This document shows positions 33,871 through 47,100 of a stretch of 64,000 nt of DNA, one piece after another. The stretch's first letter is position 1; each line of letters begins with the position of its first letter. The notes below the pieces were generated by a model. It ran no database searches. It had not been told where the DNA came from and saw only the letters and a list, made by a program, of their open reading frames with translations. The position numbers and the translations under genes are program-made. Source of the stretch: Malacoraja senta (lineage: Eukaryota); NCBI GenBank assembly GCA_038087875.1, contig CM075991.1, positions 2,976,001 to 3,040,000 of the forward strand, read 5' to 3'.

Positions 33871-35596
33871 TAATTGTACACTTTGGCTCGGTCCACCAAG
33901 GCTTACTGGATCTCCCGGTTGCTAAGCATTTTAACTCCTTTTCGATTCCTATAGTGGAGGAACAGCACCTTATTTTCAGCTTGGGTAGCTTACAAAACAA
34001 CAGAAGATAGACACAAAAAGCTGGAGTAACTTAGGGGGAAAGGCAACATCTCTGGAGAGAAGGAATGGGTGACGTTTCGGGTCGAGACCCTTCTTCAGTG
34101 TCTATCTCAGCGGCCGCGGAGCAATTTTGAATTTGGGGGGGGGACTGATTGAAATTTTATGTAATAAAATCATGTTTTAGTGCATTGTGGAAGTATGATT
34201 TCAATGTTTTTTGTTTGAAGTATTTTTAAGATGAGGGGCCTACATGAGAGACAGGAGCAGGTGATAATTATTTGTGTTATTGGTCAACCTCCAAAAACTG
34301 GGGGATAAAAATACAGCCCATCCCCCACCTCACAAAGTGGGGGGATATATCCCGTACCCCCTCCCCTCCCGGATCGACGCCAGTGCCTTCCACAGTACAG
34401 AGAACTTTACAAAAAAACGTTTAAATGTGTTATAATTTCAAGTGCTAGTTTTTTTTGTTTGTAGTTGGAAAAAGGGACAAGGAATAATCATAACAGAACA
34501 TAGAAAATAGGTGCAGGAGGAGGCCATTCGGCCCTTCGAGCCAGCACCGCCATTTATTGTGATCAAGGCTGATCGTCCCCTATCAATAACCCGTGTCTGC
34601 CTTCTCCCCCATATCCCTTGACTCCAATAGCCCCTAGAGCTTTTATCTAACTCTCTCTTAAATCCATCCAGTGACAGGGAATTCCATAAATTCACAACTC
34701 TCTGGGTGAATTTTTTTTTTCTCAACCTCAGTCTTAAATGACCTCCCCTTTATTCTAAGACTGTGGCCCTGGTTCTGGACTCGCCCAACATTGGGAACAT
34801 TTTTCCTGCATATAGCTTATCCAGTCCTTTTATAATTTTAGATGTTTTTATAAGATATCCCCTCATCCTTCTAAACTCCAGTGAACATTTCCTGATTTTG
34901 CAAAGTTCATACAAATTATGCTTTGCTCGGGGAAAAATCAGAGTATTTTGAAAGTATGCGTTCTCCTATTGACGTATATTTCATTTGATTTGATTTGAAT
35001 TTAGAATCATCAAACCATGACATTAATAAAGGGGGTATATGTTTGTGGAAGTGTTACTTTTTTTAAAGTAAGACTTTCGAGAAATCTAAAACGCATTAGA
35101 AATATACATTTCAATGCACTGAGTCTCTTGCCCAGAGTAGGTGAATCGAGGACCAGAGGACAGATTTAAGGTGAAGGGGAAAAGATTTCATAGGCATGTG
35201 AGGGGTAACTTTTTCCACACAAAGGGTGGTGGGTGTATGGAACAAGCTGCCAGAGGAGATATTTGAGGCAGGGACTAACCCAACATTTAAGAAACAGACT
35301 GATACATGGATAGGACAGGTTTGGAAGGATATGGACCAAAAGCAGGTAGTGCAGCTGGGACATGTTGGCGGGTGTGGGCAAGTTGGGCCCGAAGGGCCTG
35401 TTATCACACTGTATCACTCTATGACTACATTCTACCTCCACCATATGAATGCTTCAAAATCAAGTGGTCGAGTTTTTATTGCCATATACTCAGCATAGAA
35501 ACATAGAAATAGGTGCAGGAATACGCCATTCAACCCTTCGAGCCAGCACTGCCATTCAATATGATCATGGCTATTCATCTAAAATCAGTACCCCAT

Positions 35597-35967
35597 AGGG
35601 GGAGGTGTGGAGTGGGGGATAGAGGGATAGGAGGGGGGTAGGGAGGGGAGAGGAGTTATGGAGGGAGGGAGTGACTGAGGGGATGAGGGGAAAGGAGAGG
35701 AAGGGAGAGGTGAGGGAGGGATTGGGGGAAGGGAGGAGAGGGGAAAGAAGAGGGAGGGTGAAGAGGAGGGGAGGGAGTGCTGGGGGATGAGGGAAATGAG
35801 CCGCGCCTGCGCAGTTGAGGGCTATGCGAGTGGTGCAAAATTGCCTTGAAGGGATGGGTTGCATTGGGGGAAAGGGTGAGTGGTGGAATATTGCATTGGG
35901 GAACGGGTTGCGTTGGGGGACCAGGCCTCGCGTGTGACAGGGACCCAACGGGTCCCACTTAGTCTAG
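35597..35967 (+). mobile_element. Helitron-like non-autonomous element, 3' end
   Basis: Subterminal hairpin gggaccc-aac-gggtccc (35940-35956) followed by CTAG|T (35964-35968). Confidence 0.6.
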
Positions 35968-36026
35968 TAGGTTTATAAACCCAAGGCTAAATACACTGAG
36001 ACAGAGAGGTACACTGGAAGCAAATA

Positions 36027-36105
36027 TTTATTAAAATTATTTTACAATGCATTTCAATCCTTCGTAAAAGGAATGGATTCAAAGTGTTTATTTAAAATAT
36101 GTACA
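36027..36105 (-). terminator. Probable RNF122 3'UTR end: poly(A) signals and Pumilio element
   Basis: Minus-strand AATAAA at 36087-36092 and 36027-36032; TGTACATA at 36098-36105 in AT-rich unique sequence. Confidence 0.55.
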
Positions 36106-37313
36106 AAACAGTCGTGCCAGTAGGTAACAAAAAGACACGTAATGCACAGCATAGTTATGGAAGAGTTCACCTGATTGTGCAGCACTGTAGAGAACTACTG
36201 CAGGATGAACTATGTTCCAGGACCCAAATGTGCTCTACTCGTGAGCTCAGAATACACTTCCAGCCAGCTCTGTGCAACAACACAAACCTCTTGCACAGTT
36301 GATCTTACAGTCTCTCTGACCAAGACCTTTAATTCTGTGTGTGAAGAAGATTTATCAGTCAAAATGAAACTGCCAGGGAGAGGAACATCTTTCACTGGTA
36401 TCAGCAGTTGGTGATGGTTCATTGTAGATATTAAGAACCTCCAAAAAAAAACCAAGTAGTGGTGGAGTAACTTAGCCGATCCGGCAGCATCTCTGGAAAA
36501 CATGGAGAGGCGACGTTTCGGGTCAGGCCCTTATTCATGACCTCCAGAGATGCTGCCTGACCCACTGAGGTACTCCAGCACTTTGTGGGGGGGGGGGGGG
36601 GTGGTGATAGTTAATTGTTTAATACATACTGTAGATGCATGCATTTTTATAATAACCATTCCAACTCATGATCTCTGGCAGATACGAAATATGGAAAATC
36701 ACATTGAACAAATGATAGTAAACAGATTTCACTCTATCTAGCCCATCATGGCCAATAGTTCTAGGCTCTGCCGCTCGATCCATTTGCACTGGGTAAGTCT
36801 CAGTTGAAGGAAGCACATTGTGACCCCTGCATCGTGTGAGGTGAAAGAATCAGCATGAGATGCTGCACAATGTGTACAGCAAGGTGTAGGAAGTGCTGTG
36901 TGCATGGCAGTGTCAGTACAGTGTTGTGTGCTCGCTATGCAGTGCCTGTGAAGCAGCACGTTGATCTCTGTCACTTTATGCTTCTGCTTGTGCATTATCC
37001 AGCCGTATTATGTACGTGTAAATCTAGCCAGATATCAATATATGGAAAGCATCAACCTCCAAGCCGCCCCCTGTCCACATGCATGGGTCTGTATGGGTGG
37101 GGATGGGGACCCTCTCCGCCCACTGTGTTGCCCAAGTGCAGCTGCTTCAACTGTTGCAATAGTGGCGATCGACAAAGCCAGCACAGGCCGAGGACCTTTG
37201 GCTTGTGTGGACAGCAACTCACCAAGAGTCTCCCCGCCGTTCACAATTAAGGAGCTTAGTCATGAAACTGAAAGGCTGGAAGCGTTCCGTTCCTCAGCAG
37301 ATGTAAGGCAGGT

Positions 37314-37611
37314 CTACTGGAGGTTCCCCTCCCAACTCACTCCTTCATGGGTGCTGCAGCACATGGTGTGTGGCTCAGATCTGCTCACGCTCCAACACTT
37401 CCCATCACAAGTCAAATAACAAAAAAAAATTAGCAAGCTCTCTCGATTCCTGGGTTGCTCTGACTTTCTGCTGCGCGTTCCACTTTGAACACGTGTCCAG
37501 ACGAGCTCGTCCAGGAGAGTGCCGATTGCCTGCTGCTGCTCCGGTGCTCCTGCGATGGGTTTGTTGCACATCGGACAGACACAGCGGATTTCCAGCCATT
37601 TCACCAGACAC
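37314..37611 (-). CDS. RNF122: RING finger protein 122, terminal coding exon (upstream exons not found in window)
   Basis: ttctgcag|G TGT CTG GTG...; CLVKWLEIRCVCPMCNKPIAGAPEQQQAIGTLLDELV matches the recalled RNF122 C-terminus (RING-H2 end, ...LLDELV*). Frame stays open 61 more codons to TAG at 37314. Confidence 0.88.
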
Positions 37612-37657
37612 CTGCAGAAAACCATAGAACATCAGAAAGTGAGAGAAGGCAACAAAG

Positions 37658-37829
37658 CACTGGATACAGGCAGCTCGCCATTGTACAATGTGTGACACAA
37701 CACTGGATACAGGCAACACACCATTGTACATTGTACAGCACACCACTGGATACAGGCAGCTCGCCATTGTACACTGTGCAACAGAGCACTGGCTACAGGC
37801 AGCACGCCACTGTGCAACACGCAACATGT
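37658..37829. repeat. 43-bp tandem repeat (4 copies) near the RNF122 last-exon acceptor
   Basis: cactggatacaggca...ccattgtaca units start at 37658, 37701, 37744 and 37787. Confidence 0.9.
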
Positions 37830-37845
37830 AATGCAGAGGCTCTAT

Positions 37846-38405
37846 GAGGCCGCATTTGGAATATTGTGAGCAATTTTGAGCACCATATCTGAGGAAGGAT
37901 GTGCTGGCTCTGGAGAGGGTCCAGAGGAGGTTTACAAGAATTATCCCAGGATTAATAGGTTAACCTATGATGAGCACTGGGTCAGCACTCGCTGGAGTTT
38001 AGAAGAATGAGAGGGGACCTCATTGAAACAGACAAAACAGTGAAAGGCTTGGATAGAGTGGATGTGGAGAGGATGTTTCCACTCGTGGGAGAGTCTAGGA
38101 CTAGAGGTCATAGCCTCAGAATTATAGGATGTTCGTTTAGGAAGGAGATGAGGAGAAATGTCTTTAGTCAGAGGGTGGTGAATGTGTGGAATTCTTTGCC
38201 ACAGAAGGCTGTGGAGGCCAAGTCAGTGGATATATTTAAGGCAGAGATAGATAGATTCTTGATTAGTACAGGTGTCAGAGGTTATGGGGAGAAGGCAGGA
38301 GAATGGCGTTAGGAAGGAGAGGAAGATCAGCCATGATTGAATAGCGGAGTAGACTTGATGGCCCGAATGGCATAATTTTACTCCTATTCCTTATGATCTT
38401 TATGA
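37846..38405 (+). mobile_element. CR1-type LINE 3' fragment
   Basis: [39 protein letters not shown]...SQRVVNVWNSLP. Confidence 0.9.
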
Positions 38406-40224
38406 CCAGTTCAGCAGTGTACTATGTGAAACACCAACAAAAGCCCTGCACTGTACAAAATACTGTATAGGTAGTATATCTTTGTACATGTACCCAGGCA
38501 GAGCCAGAGCATAATGCAGATCCTGAGAAGAATTAAAATGTTAGAAATACTCCAAAATAATCCGTATTTCATCAGAGCCAATCAGAGTTACAATTTCAAG
38601 GGGTGGCACAACAACACAAATAATGGCACTGCTGCTCCGAGCTCCAGCAACCCTGGTTCGATTCTGACCTCCAGTGCTGTCTGTGTCGAGTTTGTACCTT
38701 CTTTCTCTCTGTGACTGTGTGGGTTTTCCACGGATGCTGCAGTTTGTGCAGGTTGGGTAGTCATGGATTCATAGTGACACAGCACAGAAACAGGTCTTCA
38801 GCCCAACTCGCCCACGCTGACCAAGATAATTAGCTAAGCTAAACCTATTTGCATGGATGTGGCCTATATCTCTTTAAATCTTTCCTGTTCATGTACCTGT
38901 CTAATTGTCTTTTAAACATTGTAATTCTAATTGAAGCGGGCATATGGTATGCTTGTCTTCATTAGTCAGGATATTGCATTTATGAGCCAGGAAGCAATGA
39001 TGCAGCTTTATGGGAGTTTGGTTGGGCCGCATTTAGAGTATCGATCACAGTTCTGGTTGCTCCCCATGCAGAAAGGGTGCAGAGGAGGTTTACCAGACTG
39101 AAGCCGGGATTAGTGGGTATCAGCTACAGGGAGAGGTCAGACAGACTTGAATTGTTTTCTCTTGTACAACGGATGTTGAGGAGAAATCTGATAGAAGAAT
39201 TTAAAATTATGAAAGGCATAGATAGGGTAGAAAGTCAGAACTATTTCCCAGTGTGAAAATATCAAAGGCAAGAGGGGATAGCATTAAGGTGAAAGGGGCA
39301 TGTGTGGGGCAAGTTTTTTTTACACATAGGGTGATGAGTGCCTTAAATATGCTCCCAGGGGTTGTGATGGAGACAGATATGATATATTGTGTGGGGTTAA
39401 AAGACTTTTGATAGGCACATGAATTTGCAGGAAATGATGAGATGTGAATTATGTGGAGGCAGATAAGAATTTGTTTTGGCATCGTGTTCAGCGACCGACA
39501 CTCTGGGCACGAGGACTTGTTCCTGTGTTGCACCCGTTTCGATGTTCTATGTACCTGCCTATACAACTTCATATGGAAGCTTGTTCCATATATCCACAGC
39601 CTTCCCAGTGAAAATTTGCCCCTCAGGCCCCTCAATATCTTTCCCCTCTCACCTTAAAACTATGCTCTCTAGTTTTGGACATCTCCCCTGGGAAAAAAAA
39701 AGACCATCCATCTTATTTATGCCGCTCATGATTTAAAAAATAACCTCCGTGAGGCCACTCCCCTGCCTTACTCGCTCCAGGGAGAACAGTCCCAGCCTAT
39801 CCAGTCTCTCCTTGTAACTCAAGCACCCCAGTCCAGGCAACATCCTTTCCTGCACACTCTCCAGCTTAATCACATCCATCCTGTAACACAGTGACCACAG
39901 CACTCCAGTTTCACCACCATCTGTGTAATGACAGCTGTGTAATGACATCCCGACTCATGTACTTAATGTCTGTGCGATGAACGCAAGTCTGTCTGTGCAA
40001 TGAACGCAAGTGAGTCATTCGCTTCCTTCACTATCCTTTCTATCTCTGTCACCACTTTCATGGAACTCTGTACATAGTTCTCTGTTCTACAACACTCCTC
40101 AAGGCCATGTCATTCATTGTGTATGTCCAACTCTGGTTTCACATCCCAAAATGTAGCACTTCCCATTTGTCCGTTAACTTCCCTGCTGTTCCTCCACACA
40201 CTTCCTAGAAGACTGGAGGATGAC

Positions 40225-43200
40225 GGCGTGGAAACAGACCCAACTTGCCCACTCCGGCCAACATGTCCCATCTACACTAGTCCCACCTACCTGCGTTTGG
40301 CCCATATCCACCTACACCTGGCATGTCCATGTACCTGTCTAATGTTTCTTAAACATTGCAATATTACCTGCCTCAACTACGTCCTCTGGCAGCTCGTTGC
40401 ATTTGCCCACCACCTTTTGCATGATAAAGTTACCCTTCAGATTCCTATTAAATTTTACCCCTTCACCTTAAACCTATGTCCGCTGGTTCTCGATTTCCCT
40501 ACTCTGGGCAAAAGACTCTGTGCATCTACCCGGTCTATACCTCTCATGATTTTATACACCTCTATAAGATTCCCCCTCATCCTCCTGCGCTCCAAGAAAT
40601 AGAGTCCTAGCCTGCTCAACCTCTCCATATAGGTCAAGTCCTCAAGTCCTGGAAACATCCTCGTAAATCTTCACTGCATCAATAGACAATAGACAATAGG
40701 TGCAGGAGTAGGCCATTCGGCCCTTCGAGCCAGCACCGCCATTCAATGTGATCATGGCTGATCATCCCCAATCAGTACCCCGTTCCGGCCTTCTCCCCAT
40801 ATCCTCTGATTCCGCTATCATTAAGAGCCCTATCTGAGCTCTCCCTTTCCAGCTTCACATCTTTCCTATAACATGATGCCCAAAACGGAACACAATACTC
40901 TAAATGCGGCCTCACCAACATCTTATACAACTGCAACATGACCTCCCAACTTCTATACGCAATGCTCTGACTGATGAAGGCCAATGTGCCAAATGCCTTT
41001 TTGACCACCCTATCTGCCTGTGATGCCACTTTCAACAAAATATCTACCTGTACTCCAACAACTCTGCTCTACAACACTCTCCCGAGCCCTACCATTCATT
41101 CTATGGGTTCTGCCCATGTTAGTGCGCCCAAAATGCAATTCCTCTGTATTGAATTCCATCAACCATTCCTTAACCCATCTCCCCAACTGATTAAGATCCT
41201 GCTGCAATTTTTGACAACCATCTTCACTATCAACCACCCACTTTTGTGTCATCTGCAAACTTGCTAACCATGCCATGTACGTTCTCATCCAACGTTTTGC
41301 CCTGATTTGAGAATGGCTGCAAGGCTACAATGGCTAAATCCTGCTGCAGTTCTTATATAACATTCTTCACTCTCCACCACACCACCAATTTTCGTGCCAT
41401 CTACATTCTCATCCAAATTATTAATCAATATGGCAAGCAACAGGAGACTGGGTACTAGGTTCTGCAACACACCATTGGTCATGGGCCTCCAAATGGAAAG
41501 ACAACCCTCCACCACCACCACCCTCTGACACCTTCCACCAAGCCAATTTTCTATCCACTTGGCTATCTCTCCCTCAATCCCATGTGTTCTAACCGTCCAG
41601 ATCAGCTGACCTTGCGAGACGTTGTCTGAGGCCTTGATGAAGGCCGTGAGCCCTCTTTGTCATCTCTTCAAAACATTCAAATGTGTGAGACACAATTTCC
41701 CCACGCACAAAGCCATGCTGACTATCCCTGATCAGTCATTGCCTTTCCAAATGCAGACAGATACTGTCTTTCAGAAACCCCTTGAGGGACTAATGTTCCG
41801 CTCACCTTGCAGCCCTTCTTAAATCAAGGTATATCATTTGTCATCCTGCATTCTTCACGAATCTCACTTGTGACTAACAAAGATCCAGAATTCCCTGCCA
41901 CAATCCCTGCGATTTCTTCCCTTGCTTCCCACAATTACCTAGGAAATACCTGGTCAGCCCCCAGTGACTTATCTGTCTTTATGAGGTTCAAAATGATTTT
42001 TATGCTCTTAATATGCTTATCGAATCTCTTAGGATTCACCTTTACATATCTCGTTCCCTATTTGCCCACCTGATTCCTGTCTTAAGTACGACCCTGTCAA
42101 ACCTCCTGCCCTCTGGTGGGCGGTACAGGTGTGTCAAAAGCCGGACAAACAAAGAAACGAACAGTTTCTTTCCCTGGGCCATCAGAACTCTAAACTCCTC
42201 AAATATCCACACGACATGAAGAGATGCTGTCATCCATTCCACTATAAAACAGACCATCAGCTAATCTTTCTTCTTTTTTAATAATATTCTCCCAGTGCAA
42301 TGTTCTACCTAGGTGTGATAAATATAAGTTATCTACTATTTCAAGCAGTTATATAATGTATTGGATGTAATTGGATGTGTTTTGGTTTTGTTTGGGCTTG
42401 TTTTGGTTGCACTGATCAAGAGTAGCTCTCCTAATTTCATTGTATTTCTAAGTACAATGACAATAAAGACTTATTATTATTGTTATTATTATTATTATTA
42501 TTATTAGACAATAGACAATACACAATAGGTGCAGGAGTAGGCCATTCGGCCCTTCGAGCCAGCACCGCCATTCAATGTGATCATGGCTGATCATCCCCAA
42601 TCAGTACCCCGTTCCTGCCTTCTCCCCATTTCCCCTGACTCCGCTATTTTTAAGAGCCCTATCTAGCTCTCCCTTGAAAGCATCCAGAGAACCTGCCTCC
42701 ACCGCCCTCTGAGGCAGACAACTCCACAGACTCACTACTCTCTGTGAGAAAAAGTGTTTCCTCGTCTCCGTTCTAAATGGCTTACTCCTTATTCTTAAAC
42801 TGTGGCCCCTGGTTCTGGACTCCCCCAACATCAGGAACATGTTTCCTGCCTCTAGCTTGTCCAAACCCTTAACAATCTTATATGTTTCAATGTTTTCCTA
42901 CCCAGAACCTCAATGGCTTCCACTCTAATAACAACATGCTGGCCCTGAACTCTCCTGATCTCGTTTTTAAATGCCTCCCACTTGCTTGACGCCCCTTTAC
43001 CTGCAAACAACCTTTCCCAATTAACCTTTGCACGTTCCTGTAGAATGCCAACAAAATTAGCCTTGCCCCAATTTAGGATTTTAACTTGTGGACCAGTCCA
43101 ATCTTTTTCCTTAACTACTTTAAAACTAATAGAATTGTGATCACTGATCCCAAAGTGCTCCCCCATTGACACATCAGTCACTTACCCAGCCTCATTTCCC

Positions 43201-43310
43201 AAGAAAAGGTTCAGAGTTGCTCCCTTTCTAGTAGATCCGTCTGCATGTTGCTTCAGAAAACATTCCCGGACACAATTAACACATTGTGCCCCATCTAATC
43301 AATTCACATT
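40225..43310 (-). mobile_element. Cluster of nested CR1-type LINE fragments
   Basis: VRPHLEYCVPFW, EHFGISDHNSISF, repeated younger (agacaat)n-tailed CR1 ends at 40681 and 42506; short Rex1-like piece at about 42090-42220. Confidence 0.85.
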
Positions 43311-43333
43311 ACGACTCACCAACCACTACAACC

Positions 43334-43533
43334 NNNNNNNNNNNNNNNNNNNNNNNNNNNNNNNNNNNNNNNNNNNNNNNNNNNNNNNNNNNNNNNNNNN
43401 NNNNNNNNNNNNNNNNNNNNNNNNNNNNNNNNNNNNNNNNNNNNNNNNNNNNNNNNNNNNNNNNNNNNNNNNNNNNNNNNNNNNNNNNNNNNNNNNNNNN
43501 NNNNNNNNNNNNNNNNNNNNNNNNNNNNNNNNN
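43334..43533. other. Assembly gap (200 N)
   Basis: Run of exactly 200 N, typical of a fixed-size scaffolding join. Confidence 0.99.
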
Positions 43534-43599
43534 GAGACAAAAATGCTGGAGAAACTCAGCGGGTGAAACAGGCAACAGAGTTTGAAACTTTTGTCGAAG

Positions 43600-44102
43600 A
43601 GACTCTAAACGTGGGAAAGGGAGGGGGGTGGGCCATCTGAAACCTGGCCTTGAAGCAGCTGCTTGTTGCCACGTCTAGTGGCGCTCTGATCCCGTCGACC
43701 ATCAAGCCAGGAAGGCATCGTCTCTTACCTGGTCGATTGTTCCCCAATACGCCACTTGTGCCTGAGTTGGGGCGTCGCTCTACAGACGCGGTTCACAACT
43801 GCTGTGTCTGGGAAGCACCGCCTGCCTGGACTCACACTGGTGACGCGGGACAATGCCACCCCCCTGTGACGCTAGTGGCCATCAAGCGGTGGAGGCAAAG
43901 CTCTAGCTCTTGTGTCTTTGCTTGGAGGATCTCGGGCAACTGGCAGCAGGAGCTCCTGTGTCCTCACCTCGTCTCGGCAGCTGCCCCTCTGTCAGCGGCG
44001 ACTCCCCTCTCAGGCGGAAAGACAACGGAATCGCCGCTGCCGAAGCAAATCGCTCTCCCATTTCCCTACTAACACAGCCCGTTGCGTAACATTGCACTAA
44101 CT
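43600..44102 (+). promoter_or_regulatory. CpG-enriched promoter/5'UTR of the GGH-like gene
   Basis: Locally CpG-rich unique sequence directly before the ATG at 44103; bZIP-like GTTGCGTAAC at 44081-44090. Confidence 0.55.
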
Positions 44103-44190
44103 ATGGCTCAGATGGCAGCATTATACCTTCTCTTATTCGGCTGCACCTCTGGAGTCCGGATGCTGCAAATCAACCAGAGACCCATCATCG
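44103..44190 (+). CDS. GGH: GGH-like exon 1
   Basis: [30 protein letters not shown]|gtaagt. Confidence 0.88.
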
Positions 44191-47100
44191 GTAAGTACCA
44201 GCCACTTGGCATACCAAAGGGACAACTCTGCCAATGTACTAGGCACGGGGAGGGATTCTGATGCTGATTTACAACAAACTGGAGTAACTCAACGGGTCGG
44301 GCAGCCTCTCTGGAGAACATGGATAGGTTACGTTTCGGATCGGGACCCTTCTTCAGAGTGTAGTAGAAGAGAGAATCTGAAAGAGAGGTGGTGGCAAAAC
44401 AAAGGCTGACAAGTGATGGGTGGACAAAAGTGCTGGAGAAACTCAGCGGGTGCAGCAGCATCTATGGAGTGAAGGAAATAGGCAACGTTTCGGGCCGAAA
44501 CCCTTGATAAAGGTAATGGGGGTTAAAGCTGCCAGCATACCTCCATTTTAAAGTTGTGTGATTCTATTTAGTTTCTGCTCCCTTCACATTTGTGCAATGA
44601 GCTGCACATCTTATTCTAAGTAATAGCGCCCTGGGATCAGTAGACTCGCTAATTTGATTTCATTTTCTTCCCAAAACACCAGGACAAACTTAAGTAATGG
44701 GCCAAACTGACAAACTAAGAAGGACTTTGTCCGGTGTTAACTGGACAAGGACCGGCTTGCCTTTCAGAAGGTCATAGTGGTTAAAACAGTTAAATTAACG
44801 GAGTGAACTCCTTAATTAAACAAAAATATGTTTATTACATTCTAAAAGATAATTGAGAAGTAAGTTACCCTTTGCCCCCAGGGATTGTGGAACAAGACGA
44901 CCACGGGCGTAATCATGGGTTGCAGAACTACTGAAATGTAGAAGTGGGATATTAGCATAGAAAATGGGGATGTCCAGAACTAGCAGTCACAAGGAGGTCA
45001 CTGAACTGATGAGAAATTTCCCACGCAAGGAGTGGTAAAGCTGTGGAATTGTGAACCAATGAAGGCAATTGAAGCCAAATCATTAAATGTATTCAGAAAG
45101 GAGTTTGATTTAGTAATAATGGTTGAAGGGATATGGGAAGAAAGCAGGAACACAATTTTGAATTGGTGTGATCAGCCAGGAGTACACAATGGTGAAACAA
45201 GCTCGAAAAGCCAAGTGGTCTACTCCTGCTCCTAATTTCTTCATTTCTATGTAAGAATAGTGTGAATATTGTTGCATTTGGATTTTTTTATTTACAGGAT
45301 ATGGCAGTCGCTGACAGGTCAGCATTTATTATCCATCTCTAATGGCCCTTCAGAAGGTGGTGGTGAGCCATTCTGAACTGCTCTATTATGTCCATTATGT
45401 TATTGGGTAGGGAGGGAGTTCAGGATATGAGCACATCAACTCTGAAGAAATAGCAATATACAGCAATGGGTTAGTTCCCCACACCTGCAGTCTCAATATC
45501 AAAGTTTCGTACATATCCATCAATGGCCTCCTTCCTCTTCCTCATCATACAGAACCTCATGTCACCCACAGAGATAGGGTTGGTTTTCACAGAGATTCCT
45601 AACTGTGCTATGTTGCTTGTACACTCCACTGTTACTATAATGTTGACCCTAACCCTAACCCTGAGCAGCTAAAAGTTTCAGATGTTTTACCTCCTTTGAG
45701 CAAAATGCAGAAAAGATCGAAGTTGCCGTCTTTCACTTGTTGAATTTCTTAGTTTGTTAAAAAAACGTTTCAATTTATCTAATTTTAAAAAATGAAATGA
45801 TGAAATATTAAATTGTGAAATGGATTTTCCGGAAATGCAATACGGTTAATCAAAAGAAGCCTTAAAAAAAGCCAAGGATACCATCATATTAACAGAAGTG
45901 ACTAAGTTAATAAAGTTTGCTGATGACACAAATTTGCGGGCGTGAGAAAATGGAAAGAGGATGACAAAGTCAAATGACTGTCAGAAAATATTTTACCTCT
46001 TCTCTGCCTCAACTACTTCTTCTGGCAGCTTATTCCATAAACACATACCCTCTGTTTAAAAAGGCCCCCTAGTTTCCTTTTCATCCCCCTCTCACCTGAG
46101 AACCAGATCAAGATCTCTTGATCTTGATCTGCCTACCCTGTAAAAATGACTGTGCATTCACTCGATCTATTCCACATGATTTTATACTCCTCTATAATAT
46201 CACCCCTCATCCTCATGCACTCCATGAATAAAGTCCTAGCTTGCACAACTTTTCCCTATAGCTCAGGCGCTCAAGTCCTGGCAACATCCTCAAAATCTTC
46301 TCTGCACTCTTTCCATCTTAATGGCATCTTTCCTATAGCAGGGTGACCAAAACCCTACACCAGATGTAGCCTCAACAGTGCCATTTTACAACTGCAATAT
46401 AACATCCCAACTTCTATACTCATTCCCTGACTGGTGGTGGCCAGCATACCTAAAGTCTTGGTCACTACCCTATCTGCCCGTGACACCATTTTTAAGGAAC
46501 TACTGTATATGTCCATAGGCACTTAGATGTCTCTGCTCTTCAACATTCCTCAGGACATTACCATTCATTGTGAAGGTCCTGCCCTGGTTTACTTCCCAAA
46601 ATGCAACATCTTAACATCTCTGAATTAAACTTAATTTCCATTTCCTGGCCCACTTGCCCATCTGCTCAAGATGTCATCGACAAACCTACTAATCATGCCT
46701 TGTACATTCTCAGCCAAATCAATTATTTAAACCACAAACAGCAATAGGTCCAACACGGATCCCTGAAGCCCATCACTAGTCACCGGCTTCCAGTCTGAGA
46801 AACAACCTTCCACCATCACCCTGCCTTCTGCCATGAAGACAACTTTATACCCAGTTAGCTACTTCTCTCCAGATCCTCTGCGATCTAACCTTTCAGAACA
46901 GCCTGCCTTGTGGAACTTTGCCAAAGGCCTTGCTAAACTCCATATAAACTATGCCTTCATTAATTTTTTGGTTCCTTTTTCAAAAAAAGTAACCAAATTT
47001 GTGGGACAGGATCTCCCACACACAAAACCATGCTGACTATCCCAGAATCAATCCCTGACTTACCAAATGCATGTAAATCTTATCTCTTATGGGCCTTCCA

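Noticed and set aside
34099..34385. Possible hAT MITE (CAGCGGC...GCCAGTG)
   Set aside because: Termini only weakly complementary and no matching TSD found.
43286..43585. ORFs spanning the N run
   Set aside because: Artefact of the assembly gap.
45646..45662. Telomere-like (CCCTAA) repeats
   Set aside because: Only about two units; expected by chance or slippage.
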